This document shows positions 43,285-52,985 of a stretch of DNA of 64,000 bases, one piece after another. Origin of the DNA: an uncultured Victivallales bacterium. GTDB taxonomy: Bacteria > Verrucomicrobiota > Kiritimatiellia > UBA8416. The notes beneath the pieces were generated by a model. That model saw only the letters and a list, made by a program, of their open reading frames with translations. It was not told the origin of the DNA and made no database searches. The stretch lies in contig CAZSRU010000004.1 of assembly GCA_964609395.1 (NCBI GenBank), positions 6,263 to 70,262 on the forward strand, in the 5' to 3' direction. Position numbers and translations under genes: made by a program. Each line of letters begins with the position of its first letter. The first letter of the stretch is position 1.

Positions 43285-43944
43285 ATGCACTTTGAAATAC
43301 TGGTTGAAGACCAATCCGGGAAAAAGCTGTTGGACGAGATTGTGCCGCGCATCATTGGTGCTCCCCACACCTTTCGAGTACTGCCTTACAAGGGGATTGG
43401 AAAAATCCCGAAAGGATTGAAGCCTGGTTCTGATGCGAGCAAACGAATCCTTCTGGATCAACTGCCCCGCATTCTCAAAGGGCACGGAAAGACCTTTGCC
43501 GGCTACGGTCCGGGCTATCTTGCGGCGGTGGTTATTGTCTGTGATCTGGATCGCAAGTGTTTCCATGAATTCCGCCAAGAGCTTCTCGGAATTTTGGATG
43601 CTTGCGACCCGAGACCAGATACCCGATTCTGCCTTGCTGTCGAGGAGGGAGAGGCATGGCTTCTTGGAGACCGCGAGGCTATTCGAGCGACCTATCCGAA
43701 TGCAAAGTCCGCAGTTCTTGATGGCTACGTTCAGGACAGCATCTGCGACACTTGGGAATTGCTTGCAGACGCAATCCATCCCGGAGGCTCAAGAGCGTTG
43801 ATTGCTGCGGGATGGCAGGCCGCTGGAGCTGCCAAGTCGGCCTGGGCCACAGCGATTTCTCCTCACATGAAGATTGAAGACAACAATTCGCCAAGTTTTC
43901 ACTATTTTCGAAGCAAATTGCTAGAACTTGCTGGACAGAATTAA
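43285..43944 (+). CDS. DUF4276-like protein (predicted Toprim/OLD-like partner of the ATPase; AbiLii-like)
   Basis: ATG 43285 seven nt after GAGGT and 5 nt after ATPase stop; N-terminus MHFEILVEDQSGKKLL typical of DUF4276 (conserved E in ILVE); 219 aa. Confidence 0.55.
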   Translation: MHFEILVEDQSGKKLLDEIVPRIIGAPHTFRVLPYKGIGKIPKGLKPGSDASKRILLDQLPRILKGHGKTFAGYGPGYLAAVVIVCDLDRKCFHEFRQELLGILDACDPRPDTRFCLAVEEGEAWLLGDREAIRATYPNAKSAVLDGYVQDSICDTWELLADAIHPGGSRALIAAGWQAAGAAKSAWATAISPHMKIEDNNSPSFHYFRSKLLELAGQN

Positions 43945-43978
43945 TGGTCTGTTCTGTCTCGCAATTAAGGGGGTGTCG

Positions 43979-44122
43979 CCATTCTCCTCTTTAAATTGCC
44001 GTGTGTCGGCCGCGATGGTTGTTGAGCATGGCAATGACTCTGGGAATGTGATAGGAATATGCATTATGAATGCGGAACTTATAAGGCGTTGTGTGCGGGC
44101 GATGACGGAAACCGGCAAGGGC
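43979..44122 (+). repeat. ~145-bp interspersed repeat, copy 3 (rep3)
   Basis: see rep1; its short ORF (MNAELIRRCVRAMTETGKGLI) ends TGA directly abutting ATG of next gene (TGAATG). Confidence 0.75.
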
Positions 44123-44131
44123 TTGATATGA

Positions 44132-44410
44132 ATGAAGGGCTATGTTAGCTTGTTCCGCACGGGGGTAAACGAAATGGTTATGGTTCAGGCACGAATTCTC
44201 GATCCTACACACTTGGAACTGGCAAAGCCGATTGCGGCCGGGCACGAACGCAATATCTTTGTTCTGATTACGGAACAACCGCATGCGGATGCCGAGAAAC
44301 AGCAGTGGATGGATGCCTCTTCGGAATCCCTGCAGAATGCATACGGTGACACGGAACCAGAGTACACCCCCTCGATGGTACGCGAGGCCAATCCGGAGCA
44401 CCGGGCATGA
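44132..44410 (+). CDS. small DUF104/antitoxin-like protein (tentative)
   Basis: 92 aa; N-terminal MVMVQARILDPTHLELAKPIAAGHERNIFVLI resembles SpoVT/AbrB-like or DUF104 antitoxin N-termini; no partner toxin seen. Confidence 0.3.
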   Translation: MKGYVSLFRTGVNEMVMVQARILDPTHLELAKPIAAGHERNIFVLITEQPHADAEKQQWMDASSESLQNAYGDTEPEYTPSMVREANPEHRA

Positions 44411-44609
44411 AGGAAGGCGTTATTCGGCTGGGGTTTCTCGCGGTCTTACCGAACAAGCGAATCGTGGGAGCAATCGGCCATATTGCTCCTGAGCGACACA
44501 CGCGCCTTCTGCGAACGCTTAGCAGGCATCTGATCGGGAATAGCCCCCTTTCCTGACATTCTCTCTCGCCGCCATCGTCAATTCTAACAACACGGAATGG
44601 CACCGACCC

Positions 44610-45623
44610 TTACCAGCGCAGGTGGCCTCGGCGCAGGTCGCCTGCCGCGCCCGCGGCCACGGCCAGGTTGAGCAGGGTGCGTGCGAGCGCGCCGGGCAGC
44701 GCCTTCCAGACGGCAGCCCCGCGACACTGCCGCAACTGCCGCCAGGGCACGGGCAGCATGATGCCGATCCGCCGCCATGGGACCCGGCGGCCATGCTCGC
44801 GGATCAGACGACGGAACCAGTCCGGGTCAGCCTGGGTCTGGACACGCATCCACCCGCCCACCGCGATGCCCTCGCGCGCCAGCGCTTCCGCCTTCTCGAA
44901 AAGCAGGATGTTGCACAGCGTGCCGATCAGGATCCGCTTCTCGTGGCGGTAAACCGAACCCAGGCTCGTCTCGGCCTCGAACACGTGATACGCGCCTGCC
45001 GCCCGCACCAGTCTCGACTCGTTCTCGGGATGCGTGAATCCGTCGGTCACCAGCATGGCCTTGATGAACCCGTCCTCCACCAGCATGGGTTCCGGCAGGA
45101 AAATGGCGCGCATGGCCGCGGCACGGGCGGCATAGAGCTGCCCGCAGAGTTTCGGGGGGCCGGCCGCCGCCAGCACCGAGGCGGAAAGCGATAGGCGGTC
45201 CCGTACGCGGCTGACCTTGCCTCCGGCAAGATCCTTGACCGGCTGGTCGACGGCGGCGACCGCCTCGGGATTTGCAGCCAGCGCATCGATCAGCGCGCGC
45301 AGGGTGTCCGGCTGCGGGAGGCGTATGTCCGCATCGGCCAGGATCAGGATATCGGCCGCCGCCGGAGCCAGTGAGTGGACGAACTGGTTCCAAGCGTTGG
45401 CCTTGCCTGCCTGCTCCAGGACGACGACGCGATGCGGCACGTCGAACCCGTCCAAGGCCTCGCGCGCCCGCTCCGCCGTGCGGTCGGTCGAGCCGTTCAC
45501 CACCACAACCAGGCTGGCCTCGCCATCCAGCGTCCGCCAGAAGTCCTGCCGCCGTACATCCGCAAGCGTGTCGCCGATGCCACGCTCCTCGTTATGCGCC
45601 ATCATGCCAAGACAGATATTCAT
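44610..45623 (-). CDS. glycosyltransferase family 2
   Basis: 337 aa; GT-A N-terminal domain (ICLGMMAHNEERGIGDTLADV...LVVVVNGSTDRT), DxD ILILADADI. Confidence 0.75.
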   Translation of the reverse strand: MNICLGMMAHNEERGIGDTLADVRRQDFWRTLDGEASLVVVVNGSTDRTAERAREALDGFDVPHRVVVLEQAGKANAWNQFVHSLAPAAADILILADADIRLPQPDTLRALIDALAANPEAVAAVDQPVKDLAGGKVSRVRDRLSLSASVLAAAGPPKLCGQLYAARAAAMRAIFLPEPMLVEDGFIKAMLVTDGFTHPENESRLVRAAGAYHVFEAETSLGSVYRHEKRILIGTLCNILLFEKAEALAREGIAVGGWMRVQTQADPDWFRRLIREHGRRVPWRRIGIMLPVPWRQLRQCRGAAVWKALPGALARTLLNLAVAAGAAGDLRRGHLRW

Positions 45624-45689
45624 AAGGATTTACATTTAATGGGGTTTGCTATAAAAACGCAAGATCATAACCCGCCGAGGAACAAATAC

Positions 45690-47081
45690 ATGACACCAAT
45701 GGTACCGCTAGCGATGTTCGGATGGCCCCCGCTGGCCATCTGGCTATTCGCGCGATTCCGTCACCGCCCGCGCCTGGCGGTGATCGCGGGGTTCCTGCTG
45801 GCCTGGATGTTCCTGCCCAATTACGGCTACAAGCTGCCCGCACTGCCGGATTACACGAAGATCAGCGCGGCCTGCTTCGGCATCCTGCTCGGGGCGGCCA
45901 TCTTCGACCCGGCGGTATTCCGCCGCTTCCGGTTGCGGGGCTGGGATGCCCCGCTGCTGGTGTGGACGCTGGTACCGTTCCTCACCTCGCTGTCCAACGG
46001 ACTGGGTGCGTACGATGGCGTCTCGGCCGCGCTGGGCCGCTTCACGCAATGGGGAATCCCCTACTTTCTCGGGCGGCTCTACTTCAACCGCCGCGAGGCC
46101 CTGGAGGATCTGCTGCTGGGCTTCTTCATCGGGACGCTGGTCTATATCCCCTTCTGCTGGTTCGAGATCGTCATGAGTCCCCGCCTGCACCGTATCGTCT
46201 ACGGTTTCCACCCCCATTCGTTCGCGCAGGCCAAGCGCTCGGGCGGCTGGCGCCCCGTGATCTTCATGCAGCACGGCCTGATGAATTCCATGTGGATGGT
46301 GTCCGGCTTTGTCGCCGGCTTCTCGCTCCTGATCAGCAGGCGGCTGGGCCGTCGCCTGCCCGGTCCCCTGCCCGCCTGGACGGCGGCAATCGCCGTGCTG
46401 TTCGTCACGATCATCCTGCTGAAATCCACCGGGGCCCTGTTCCTGCTGCTGCTTGGAACGCTTGTACTAATGGTGTTCCGCACACTGCGCACAGCCCTGC
46501 CGCTGGTGCTGCTGCTGGCCATACCGCTCACGTATGCCACCGTACGGTCCACCGGACTCTGGGACGGGACTCACCTGATCGAGGCGGCCGCCAGTGCCGC
46601 CAACGCGGAACGGACCGGGTCGCTGGCCTTCCGCATCGAGAACGAGACGATCCTTGCCGGGCATGCCTTGAAACGCCCGCTGCTGGGCTGGGGCGAGTGG
46701 GGCCGCTCGTTCGTCCGCGACGAGGAGGGCCGGATCGTCTCGGTGCCCGACGGGCTCTGGATCCTGGCGTTCGGCAAAAGCGGCTATGTCGGGCTCTCGG
46801 CACTGCTGCTGCTCTTCTTTGTCCCCCCGCTGCTGTTCCTGCGCCGCTACCCGCCTGCCACATGGAAGGACCCCGCCGTGGCCGCCGTGCTGGCGGGACC
46901 GCTGCTGCTGGCGCTTTTCGCGCTCGACAGCCTGATGAATGATATGTTTAATCCCCTGATGCTGCTGCTGGCGGGCGGACTGACCGGCCTCTGGCTGCAG
47001 GATGATCCCGGCGACACGAACGATGTGAGCGGCATGAGCCCCCCCGCGCCGGTGCAGGCGACCGGACCCAGGCTGATCTGA
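45690..47081 (+). CDS. O-antigen ligase/polymerase-family integral membrane protein
   Basis: Start trimmed to ATG 45690 (MTPMVPLAMFGWPPLAIWLF...); ~11 TM helices with large loop (HLIEAAASAANAERTGSLAFRIENETILAGHALKRPLLGWG). Confidence 0.7.
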   Translation: MTPMVPLAMFGWPPLAIWLFARFRHRPRLAVIAGFLLAWMFLPNYGYKLPALPDYTKISAACFGILLGAAIFDPAVFRRFRLRGWDAPLLVWTLVPFLTSLSNGLGAYDGVSAALGRFTQWGIPYFLGRLYFNRREALEDLLLGFFIGTLVYIPFCWFEIVMSPRLHRIVYGFHPHSFAQAKRSGGWRPVIFMQHGLMNSMWMVSGFVAGFSLLISRRLGRRLPGPLPAWTAAIAVLFVTIILLKSTGALFLLLLGTLVLMVFRTLRTALPLVLLLAIPLTYATVRSTGLWDGTHLIEAAASAANAERTGSLAFRIENETILAGHALKRPLLGWGEWGRSFVRDEEGRIVSVPDGLWILAFGKSGYVGLSALLLLFFVPPLLFLRRYPPATWKDPAVAAVLAGPLLLALFALDSLMNDMFNPLMLLLAGGLTGLWLQDDPGDTNDVSGMSPPAPVQATGPRLI

Positions 47082-47091
47082 AGGAACACCT

Positions 47092-48555
47092 ATGAGTTCT
47101 ACACCAACGCCCCGCCACCCCTCGATGCGGCGCCAGGCCATCCTCGGATCGCTCTGGACCCTGTTCGGCTACGGGGCCTCGCAGGTACTCCGGCTGATCA
47201 GCAACCTGGTTCTCGCCCGGCTGCTCTTCCCGGAGGCGTTCGGCCTGATGGCGCTGGTGAACGTGTTCATGCAGGGGCTGCAGATGTTCTCCGATATCGG
47301 GATCGGCCCCGGCATCATCCAGAACCGGCGCGGAACCGACCCCGCGTTCCTGCGTACCGCGTGGACAATCCAGGTCTTCCGCGGCTTCGCGCTCTGGCTG
47401 CTGTGCTGCGCGGCCGCCCCCGCCGTGGCCCGTTTCTTCGCGGCCTCGGATCCCATGGCCCTCGACCTGCGCCTGCTGCTGCCGGTCACCGGACTGACCG
47501 CGCTGCTGGGCGGCTTCACCTCCACCTCGGTATTCACGCTCAACCGCAAGCTCGACATGCGCCGCATGACCCTGCTCGAACTGGTGCCGCAAGGGATCTC
47601 GCTGCTGTTCATGGCGCTCTGGGCATGGCAGCACCCCTCGGTCTGGGCCCTTGTCGGCGGCGGGCTGGTCTTCAGCCTGGTGCGGCTGGTAATGAGTCAT
47701 CTGATGAACCGCGACCATCGCGACGGCTTCGCCTGGGAGCCGGAAGCGCGCCGGGAACTGTTCCGTTTCGGGCGCTGGGTCTTTCTCAGCACCGTGATCA
47801 GCTTCCTGGCGACCCACCTGGACCGGCTGCTGCTGGGACGCCTGCTGACACTCGGGGAACTGGGCATCTACAGTATTGCCATGACGCTGGCGCGGGTGGC
47901 GATCCACACGTCCAGCAGGCTGAGTTCCTCCGTGATCTTCCCGCTGCTCTCCCGCCACCAGGACGACCCGCCCCGGCTGGTGGATTCCTGCCTGCGGGCA
48001 CGCACGGGCGTACTCTTCGCCAGCGGCGCGATCTGCAGCGGCTTCGCCCTCTTCGCCCCGCTCTTCTTCGAGAGCCTCTATGATGCCCGCTACGCCGCCG
48101 CCGGGGATATCTCCCGCTGGCTGGCGCTCTATACCTGGACACACGTGCTGCTGGTCAGCATGGACCGCATCCCGCTGGCACTCGGCCACCCGCGGCAGCT
48201 TTTCCTGGCCAACCTGATCACCACCGCGGGCATGACGGCGGCCGTAGCAGGCTACCGGCTGCTGCAGCTTCCCGGCTTCATCGCCGGCATGGCGTTCGCC
48301 AACCTGCTCTCGCATGCGTTCCTCGCCGCGACGCTGCCGGCACACCGCCGCCGGATGGGGCTGCAGTCGGCCGCCTTCACCGGCGCGTTCGCGCTCTACA
48401 CGCTCGCGGGGGTCGCCGTGCTGGAGACGGCGAAAGCCGCGTGGCCGCTGCTACCCTATGCGGCCCTCGTGTGCGCCGCCGCCGCCCTCCCCTTCCTCCC
48501 CGCCGGACTCTGGATGCTGAAACTGGCACGCCAGAAGAAGAGGGGACGCGCATGA
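47092..48555 (+). CDS. wzx: polysaccharide flippase (Wzx/MOP superfamily)
   Basis: 487 aa, ~12 TM helices; N-terminal signature ILGSLWTLFGYGASQVLRLISNLVLARLLFPEAFGL. Confidence 0.8.
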   Translation: MSSTPTPRHPSMRRQAILGSLWTLFGYGASQVLRLISNLVLARLLFPEAFGLMALVNVFMQGLQMFSDIGIGPGIIQNRRGTDPAFLRTAWTIQVFRGFALWLLCCAAAPAVARFFAASDPMALDLRLLLPVTGLTALLGGFTSTSVFTLNRKLDMRRMTLLELVPQGISLLFMALWAWQHPSVWALVGGGLVFSLVRLVMSHLMNRDHRDGFAWEPEARRELFRFGRWVFLSTVISFLATHLDRLLLGRLLTLGELGIYSIAMTLARVAIHTSSRLSSSVIFPLLSRHQDDPPRLVDSCLRARTGVLFASGAICSGFALFAPLFFESLYDARYAAAGDISRWLALYTWTHVLLVSMDRIPLALGHPRQLFLANLITTAGMTAAVAGYRLLQLPGFIAGMAFANLLSHAFLAATLPAHRRRMGLQSAAFTGAFALYTLAGVAVLETAKAAWPLLPYAALVCAAAALPFLPAGLWMLKLARQKKRGRA

Positions 48556-49382
48556 GCCACCGCGGCAACGATCCATGGCTAGACCTGGCGACAGCCGTCA
48601 GCAACGGGAGCATCCCCGGCATGGAGATCCTGCGCGAACGCGGGCGGGACGTGCGGATCGCGCGGGTCACCGGCCCGGAAGGCCGGTCCGTGATCGTGAA
48701 ATGCTGGTGCCGGACCGGCCTGCGCGGGGCCCTGCGCCGCCTGAGCGGCAGCAACGTGGCCTGGCGGGAGTATGTCGCCCTGCGCCGCCTGCACGCGGCC
48801 GGTATCCCCTGTCCGCCGCCCCTGGCTTATCGTCGGCTTGACCTGTCGAACGCCTGCCATACCGAGGCGCTGGTTTCGGGCGATCTCGGAATATGCCGCG
48901 ACAGCACGGAATGGTACAAGCGGATCCTGCAGGACGACCCGCCCGCCGCCAGGGCCTTCGAGCGTCACCTGGTCGAGGCCACGGCCACGATGGTGAAATG
49001 CGGCCTGATCGATACCGACCATCGCCTGCCAAATTTCGTCATCCCGCCCGATGGCATCCCCGTGCGGCTGGATTTCGAGCTGTGCATTCCCACCCGTTTC
49101 CCGATGTTCCAGCCGGCACGACTCGGACGGATGATCGGCGTGCTGCTCGGCAGCTACCATTTCGCCGTCCAGCCCGATATCGCCCGCAGCACGGCGTTCG
49201 CGCGGCAACTGCTCGCCCGCATCCCGCTTGCCGCGGCCGCGAAACGGCATACCCTGCTCACGGTTGAAGAAATGCTCGACCGGCAGCAGCGCGAGGCCGG
49301 CATCGAATCGGCATTCGAGGCATGGAAAGAGGCGCTGGCAAGGGCGCCTGGGACCAGGATAATGCAGGAGGGTGACGATTAA
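48552..49382 (+). CDS. lipopolysaccharide kinase (Kdo/WaaP/InaA family)-like protein
   Basis: Start ATG 48552 overlapping wzx stop (ATGA); kinase-like VIVKCW...; catalytic-loop-like LIDTDHRLPNFVI. Confidence 0.55.
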   Translation: MSHRGNDPWLDLATAVSNGSIPGMEILRERGRDVRIARVTGPEGRSVIVKCWCRTGLRGALRRLSGSNVAWREYVALRRLHAAGIPCPPPLAYRRLDLSNACHTEALVSGDLGICRDSTEWYKRILQDDPPAARAFERHLVEATATMVKCGLIDTDHRLPNFVIPPDGIPVRLDFELCIPTRFPMFQPARLGRMIGVLLGSYHFAVQPDIARSTAFARQLLARIPLAAAAKRHTLLTVEEMLDRQQREAGIESAFEAWKEALARAPGTRIMQEGDD

Positions 49383-49406
49383 GTGGGTCGGGTAAGCGGG
49401 TTAACA

Positions 49407-50930
49407 ATGAAGTTGACAAAACGCGACGGAACAGAAGGATGGAAAAAAATGGACAGACATAAACAAGCGCGCACGACGCATGACAACCCCGCCGCGATCC
49501 CGCTGGTGATCATGGGCGTCCCCTTCCATCGGGTCACCAACACACAGACAGTGGATTGGTGCCTTGAACACATCCGGCGGCGGGTTCCCGGCTATGTCAC
49601 CACGCCCAACCTCGACTTCGTCATGCACGCCGGGCGCGACCCGGAGCTTTACCGTATCCTGGCGCAATCCGACCTGGTCATTGCCGACGGGATGCCGATC
49701 ATCTGGCTTTCCGGCTGGCTCGGCCCGCGACTCCCCGAACGCGTGGCTGGCAGCGACCTGGTGGTAAACCTCTCCAAGGCCGCGGCGGAGAACGGCATGT
49801 CCGTCTTCAACCTGGGCGGAGCACCGGGGGTACCGGAAAAGGCGGCAGACACTCTGGAAGCCCGCTTCCCCGGCTTCCGCCTGGCCGGAGCCTACTCGCC
49901 ACCCAAGGCGGATCTGCTGGACATGGATCATGACACGATTCTCGGGCTACTGGATGCATCGAACCCCGATATACTCTATGTCGCGTTCGGCGCACCCAAG
50001 CAGGAAAAATGGATCAACATGCACGTCTCGCAGTGGAAGGTGCCGCTGGCGCTCGGCATCGGCGGCAGCCTGGACTTCCTGGCAGGCACCCAGAAACGCG
50101 CCCCGCGCTGGATGCAGAAAACCGGCACGGAATGGATCTGGCGCTTCGGAACCAACCCCGCCCGCTTCTGGAAACGCTACGGGGCCAACTTCGTGTTCCT
50201 GCTGCGCGCCTGCCTGACGATACGGCGCTTGAAAAAGGCCCCGCTGCACCCGGTTGCGGCGATCCTACCGCCCGCAGACAGGCGTGACGGCATACGGACC
50301 TGCGATTGGCAGCCTGTCACCGATGACCAGGCGGCATCCCGTATCATAACCAACTATTGCCGGGAGAACGAACGGCGGCCCTTGATCGTGAATCTTGAAC
50401 ATTGCGAATGGCTCGACAGCCGGGAGCTGGGAGTCCTGCTCACGCTCGGCCGGTATGGCCGCAAACACGGGATTCCCGTGTTTTTCACCGGTGCGGCAGG
50501 TCGCGTTCAACGCTTACTCGCGGTCAATGGCCTGGAGAGCCTGCTCGACGAGGCAAGGGCGGATACCGACTGGACGGCGTTGACGCAACAGGCAGAGGCC
50601 GGCCCGGCGACATCCGTGGCCGATGGCGAATGCCTGCGACTGATCCCCCCGCCAGAACTGACTGCCGTCTCGCTGCAGGCGTGGCGAGGTCCAGTGGATA
50701 ACGCGCTCAACGCCCTGCCGGCGACGGTGCGCATGGTCGAGATTGATACCGCCTGCATGCGGTTCATCGACAGTGCCGCCATCGGGTTCCTGATTGCGCT
50801 GAAGAAGAGGATCGAAAGCGGCAACCGCCGTTTTCTCGTGACACACATGCAGCCAGCCGTGCGCACGACCATGCGCCTCGCCCGTGTGGAATCGCTGCTG
50901 GCCGACAAGGAGCAGGACGCCACAGCATAA
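49407..50930 (+). CDS. WecB/TagA/CpsF-family (GT26) glycosyltransferase fused to two C-terminal STAS domains
   Basis: GT26 region (PLVIMGVPFHRVTNTQTVDW...DILYVAFGAPKQEKWI...ALGIGGSLDFLAGTQKRAPRWMQKTGTEWIWRF); then two STAS-like units (PLIVNLEHCEWLDSRELGVLLTLGRYGRKHGIPVFFTGAAGRVQRLLAVNGL and VRMVEIDTACMRFIDSAAIGFLIALKKRIESGNRRFLVTHMQPAVRTTMRLARV); alt. start ATG 49449. Confidence 0.7.
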   Translation: MKLTKRDGTEGWKKMDRHKQARTTHDNPAAIPLVIMGVPFHRVTNTQTVDWCLEHIRRRVPGYVTTPNLDFVMHAGRDPELYRILAQSDLVIADGMPIIWLSGWLGPRLPERVAGSDLVVNLSKAAAENGMSVFNLGGAPGVPEKAADTLEARFPGFRLAGAYSPPKADLLDMDHDTILGLLDASNPDILYVAFGAPKQEKWINMHVSQWKVPLALGIGGSLDFLAGTQKRAPRWMQKTGTEWIWRFGTNPARFWKRYGANFVFLLRACLTIRRLKKAPLHPVAAILPPADRRDGIRTCDWQPVTDDQAASRIITNYCRENERRPLIVNLEHCEWLDSRELGVLLTLGRYGRKHGIPVFFTGAAGRVQRLLAVNGLESLLDEARADTDWTALTQQAEAGPATSVADGECLRLIPPPELTAVSLQAWRGPVDNALNALPATVRMVEIDTACMRFIDSAAIGFLIALKKRIESGNRRFLVTHMQPAVRTTMRLARVESLLADKEQDATA

Positions 50931-51042
50931 AGAATCGACTCCACAGGCGATCGTTCTCGATTAACCGTTTCTTCATACGGACATCATACGATACTAACGC
51001 CATGCTTTGATCATGCTGCCATCTATTACGAAAGGTGGCAGG

Positions 51043-51891
51043 ATGACTTTATCATACACGCAGGTATTCCACGGCCCTTTGAAACTGGCCGTGCTGGATC
51101 TGGCTGGCACGGTTGTCGATTTCGGTAGTCGCGCCCCGGCCGGAGCCTTTGTCGAATTGTTCGACCGCGAGGGCATCCGCATCAGCGATGCCGACGCCCG
51201 CGGGCCGATGGGCATGCACAAGCGCGACCACATCGCCGCCATCTGCGCCTTGCCGACAGTGGCTGCCCAGTGGCATGCAAAGCGGGGACGCGCGGTCTGC
51301 GACACCGATATCCAGTCGCTCTACGAGACGTTCATCCCGCTGCAGATTGCCGTGCTCCCGGATTACACGGCACCGGTGCCCGGCGCGGTCGAGGCCGTCG
51401 AGGCGCTGCGTGAGCGCGGCATGAAAATCGGTTTCACCACGGGCTACTCACGCGATATGATGGAGATCGTGGTCGAGGCGGCCGCCCGGTACGGTCTGCA
51501 TGCCGATACCGCTGTCTGCGGGACGGACGTCCCGGCGGGCCGCCCGGCCCCCTGGATGGCGCTGGAATGTGCCCGGCGGACGGGCATCTATCCGCCTTCG
51601 GCCTGTATCAATCTCGGTGATACCCTGGTGGATGTTGCGTCCGGCCGGAATGCCGGCATGTGGAGCATCGGGGCCGCCATCAGCGGCAACATGACCGGGC
51701 TTTCACACGCCGCCTGGGAAGCGTTGCCCGACAGCGACCGGCAGAACTACCGTCAACAAGCTGATCAAGCCATGCGCACCGCCGGTGCGCACGCCGTTAT
51801 CGACAGTGTCCGGGACCTGCCCGTCCTGGCGGACCGGATCAACGCGATCATGCAGGAAGGAGGTGGCCCCGAATATAACACGGATTCGTAG
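51043..51891 (+). CDS. phnX: phosphonoacetaldehyde hydrolase (phosphonatase), HAD superfamily
   Basis: ATG 51043 after AAAGGTGG; [20 protein letters not shown] (HAD motif I), [28 protein letters not shown] match PhnX. Confidence 0.85.
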   Translation: MTLSYTQVFHGPLKLAVLDLAGTVVDFGSRAPAGAFVELFDREGIRISDADARGPMGMHKRDHIAAICALPTVAAQWHAKRGRAVCDTDIQSLYETFIPLQIAVLPDYTAPVPGAVEAVEALRERGMKIGFTTGYSRDMMEIVVEAAARYGLHADTAVCGTDVPAGRPAPWMALECARRTGIYPPSACINLGDTLVDVASGRNAGMWSIGAAISGNMTGLSHAAWEALPDSDRQNYRQQADQAMRTAGAHAVIDSVRDLPVLADRINAIMQEGGGPEYNTDS

Positions 51892-51944
51892 ACGCCATGA
51901 CCAACCCATTAATTCAACAGCAACCCTCACACAGGAGAGATAAG

Positions 51945-52973
51945 ATGAGCATTCGTATTGTCAAACGCATCGCCGCCGCCTCAATCGCCGCCGCCACGGT
52001 CGCGATGACAGCCCGCGCTGGCGAGATCACCGTATATACCGCGCTGGAGGATGACGAGATTTCCGTCTACCTGCCGGTATTCGAGAAGGCCCACCCGGAT
52101 ATCAAGGTCAACATCATCCGTGACTCCACGGGTATCGTCACCGCCAAGCTGCTGGCTGAACGCCAGAACCCGGTTGCGGACCTGGTCTGGGGCACGGCCG
52201 CCACCAGCCTGCTGGTCTGCGACGAGATGGGCATGCTGGAGGGCTATAGCCCGAAGGGAGTTGAGAAGGTCCGTGACACCATGAAGGACATGAAAAACGA
52301 TACCACGCACTGGGTCGGCATCAAGGCCTGGGTCACGGGTATTGTCGGCAACACGATCGAGATGAAGGCCAAGGGCATGGCGATGCCGCTGTCCTATGCC
52401 GATCTGATCAAGCCGGAATACCGAGGCGCACTGGTCATGCCGAATCCGGCCTCGTCCGGCACGGGATTCCTGACGGTCTCGGCGATCCTGCAGTTGATGG
52501 GCGAGGAGAAGGGCTGGCAGTACATGGACAAGCTGCATGAGAACATGGCCATGTACACGCATTCCGGCTCGGCGCCGGCCAAGATGGCGGGCAAGGGCGA
52601 ATTCCCGGTTGGAATCTCGTTCGCCTACCGTGGCTTCAAGCAGCGCGCCTCCGGCGAACCGGTGGAAGTCGCGTTCCCGGCGGAAGGGTCAGGCTACGAT
52701 GTCGAGGCCAACGCCCTGATCAAGAAGCCCCGCGTCAAGCAGGATGCCAAGACCTTCCTGGACTGGGCGATCAGCGACGAGGCGATGCAGATGTATGCCA
52801 AGGTCTACCCGATCGTGGCCACGGATATCGCCGTGCAGGCCCCTGCCGGATGGCCGAAGGACCCGATGTCGGTACTGATCAAGAACGACCTGCAGTGGGC
52901 GGCCAAGAACCGCCAGCGGATCCTCGACGAATGGACCCGCCGCTACGACGGCAAGAGCCAGCCGAAAAAGTAA
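51945..52973 (+). CDS. phnS: ABC transporter periplasmic substrate-binding protein (2-aminoethylphosphonate/Fe3+ family)
   Basis: ATG 51945 after AGGAGAGA; signal peptide [17 protein letters not shown]; [36 protein letters not shown]. Confidence 0.75.
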   Translation: MSIRIVKRIAAASIAAATVAMTARAGEITVYTALEDDEISVYLPVFEKAHPDIKVNIIRDSTGIVTAKLLAERQNPVADLVWGTAATSLLVCDEMGMLEGYSPKGVEKVRDTMKDMKNDTTHWVGIKAWVTGIVGNTIEMKAKGMAMPLSYADLIKPEYRGALVMPNPASSGTGFLTVSAILQLMGEEKGWQYMDKLHENMAMYTHSGSAPAKMAGKGEFPVGISFAYRGFKQRASGEPVEVAFPAEGSGYDVEANALIKKPRVKQDAKTFLDWAISDEAMQMYAKVYPIVATDIAVQAPAGWPKDPMSVLIKNDLQWAAKNRQRILDEWTRRYDGKSQPKK

Positions 52974-52985
52974 GGCGGGATACGG

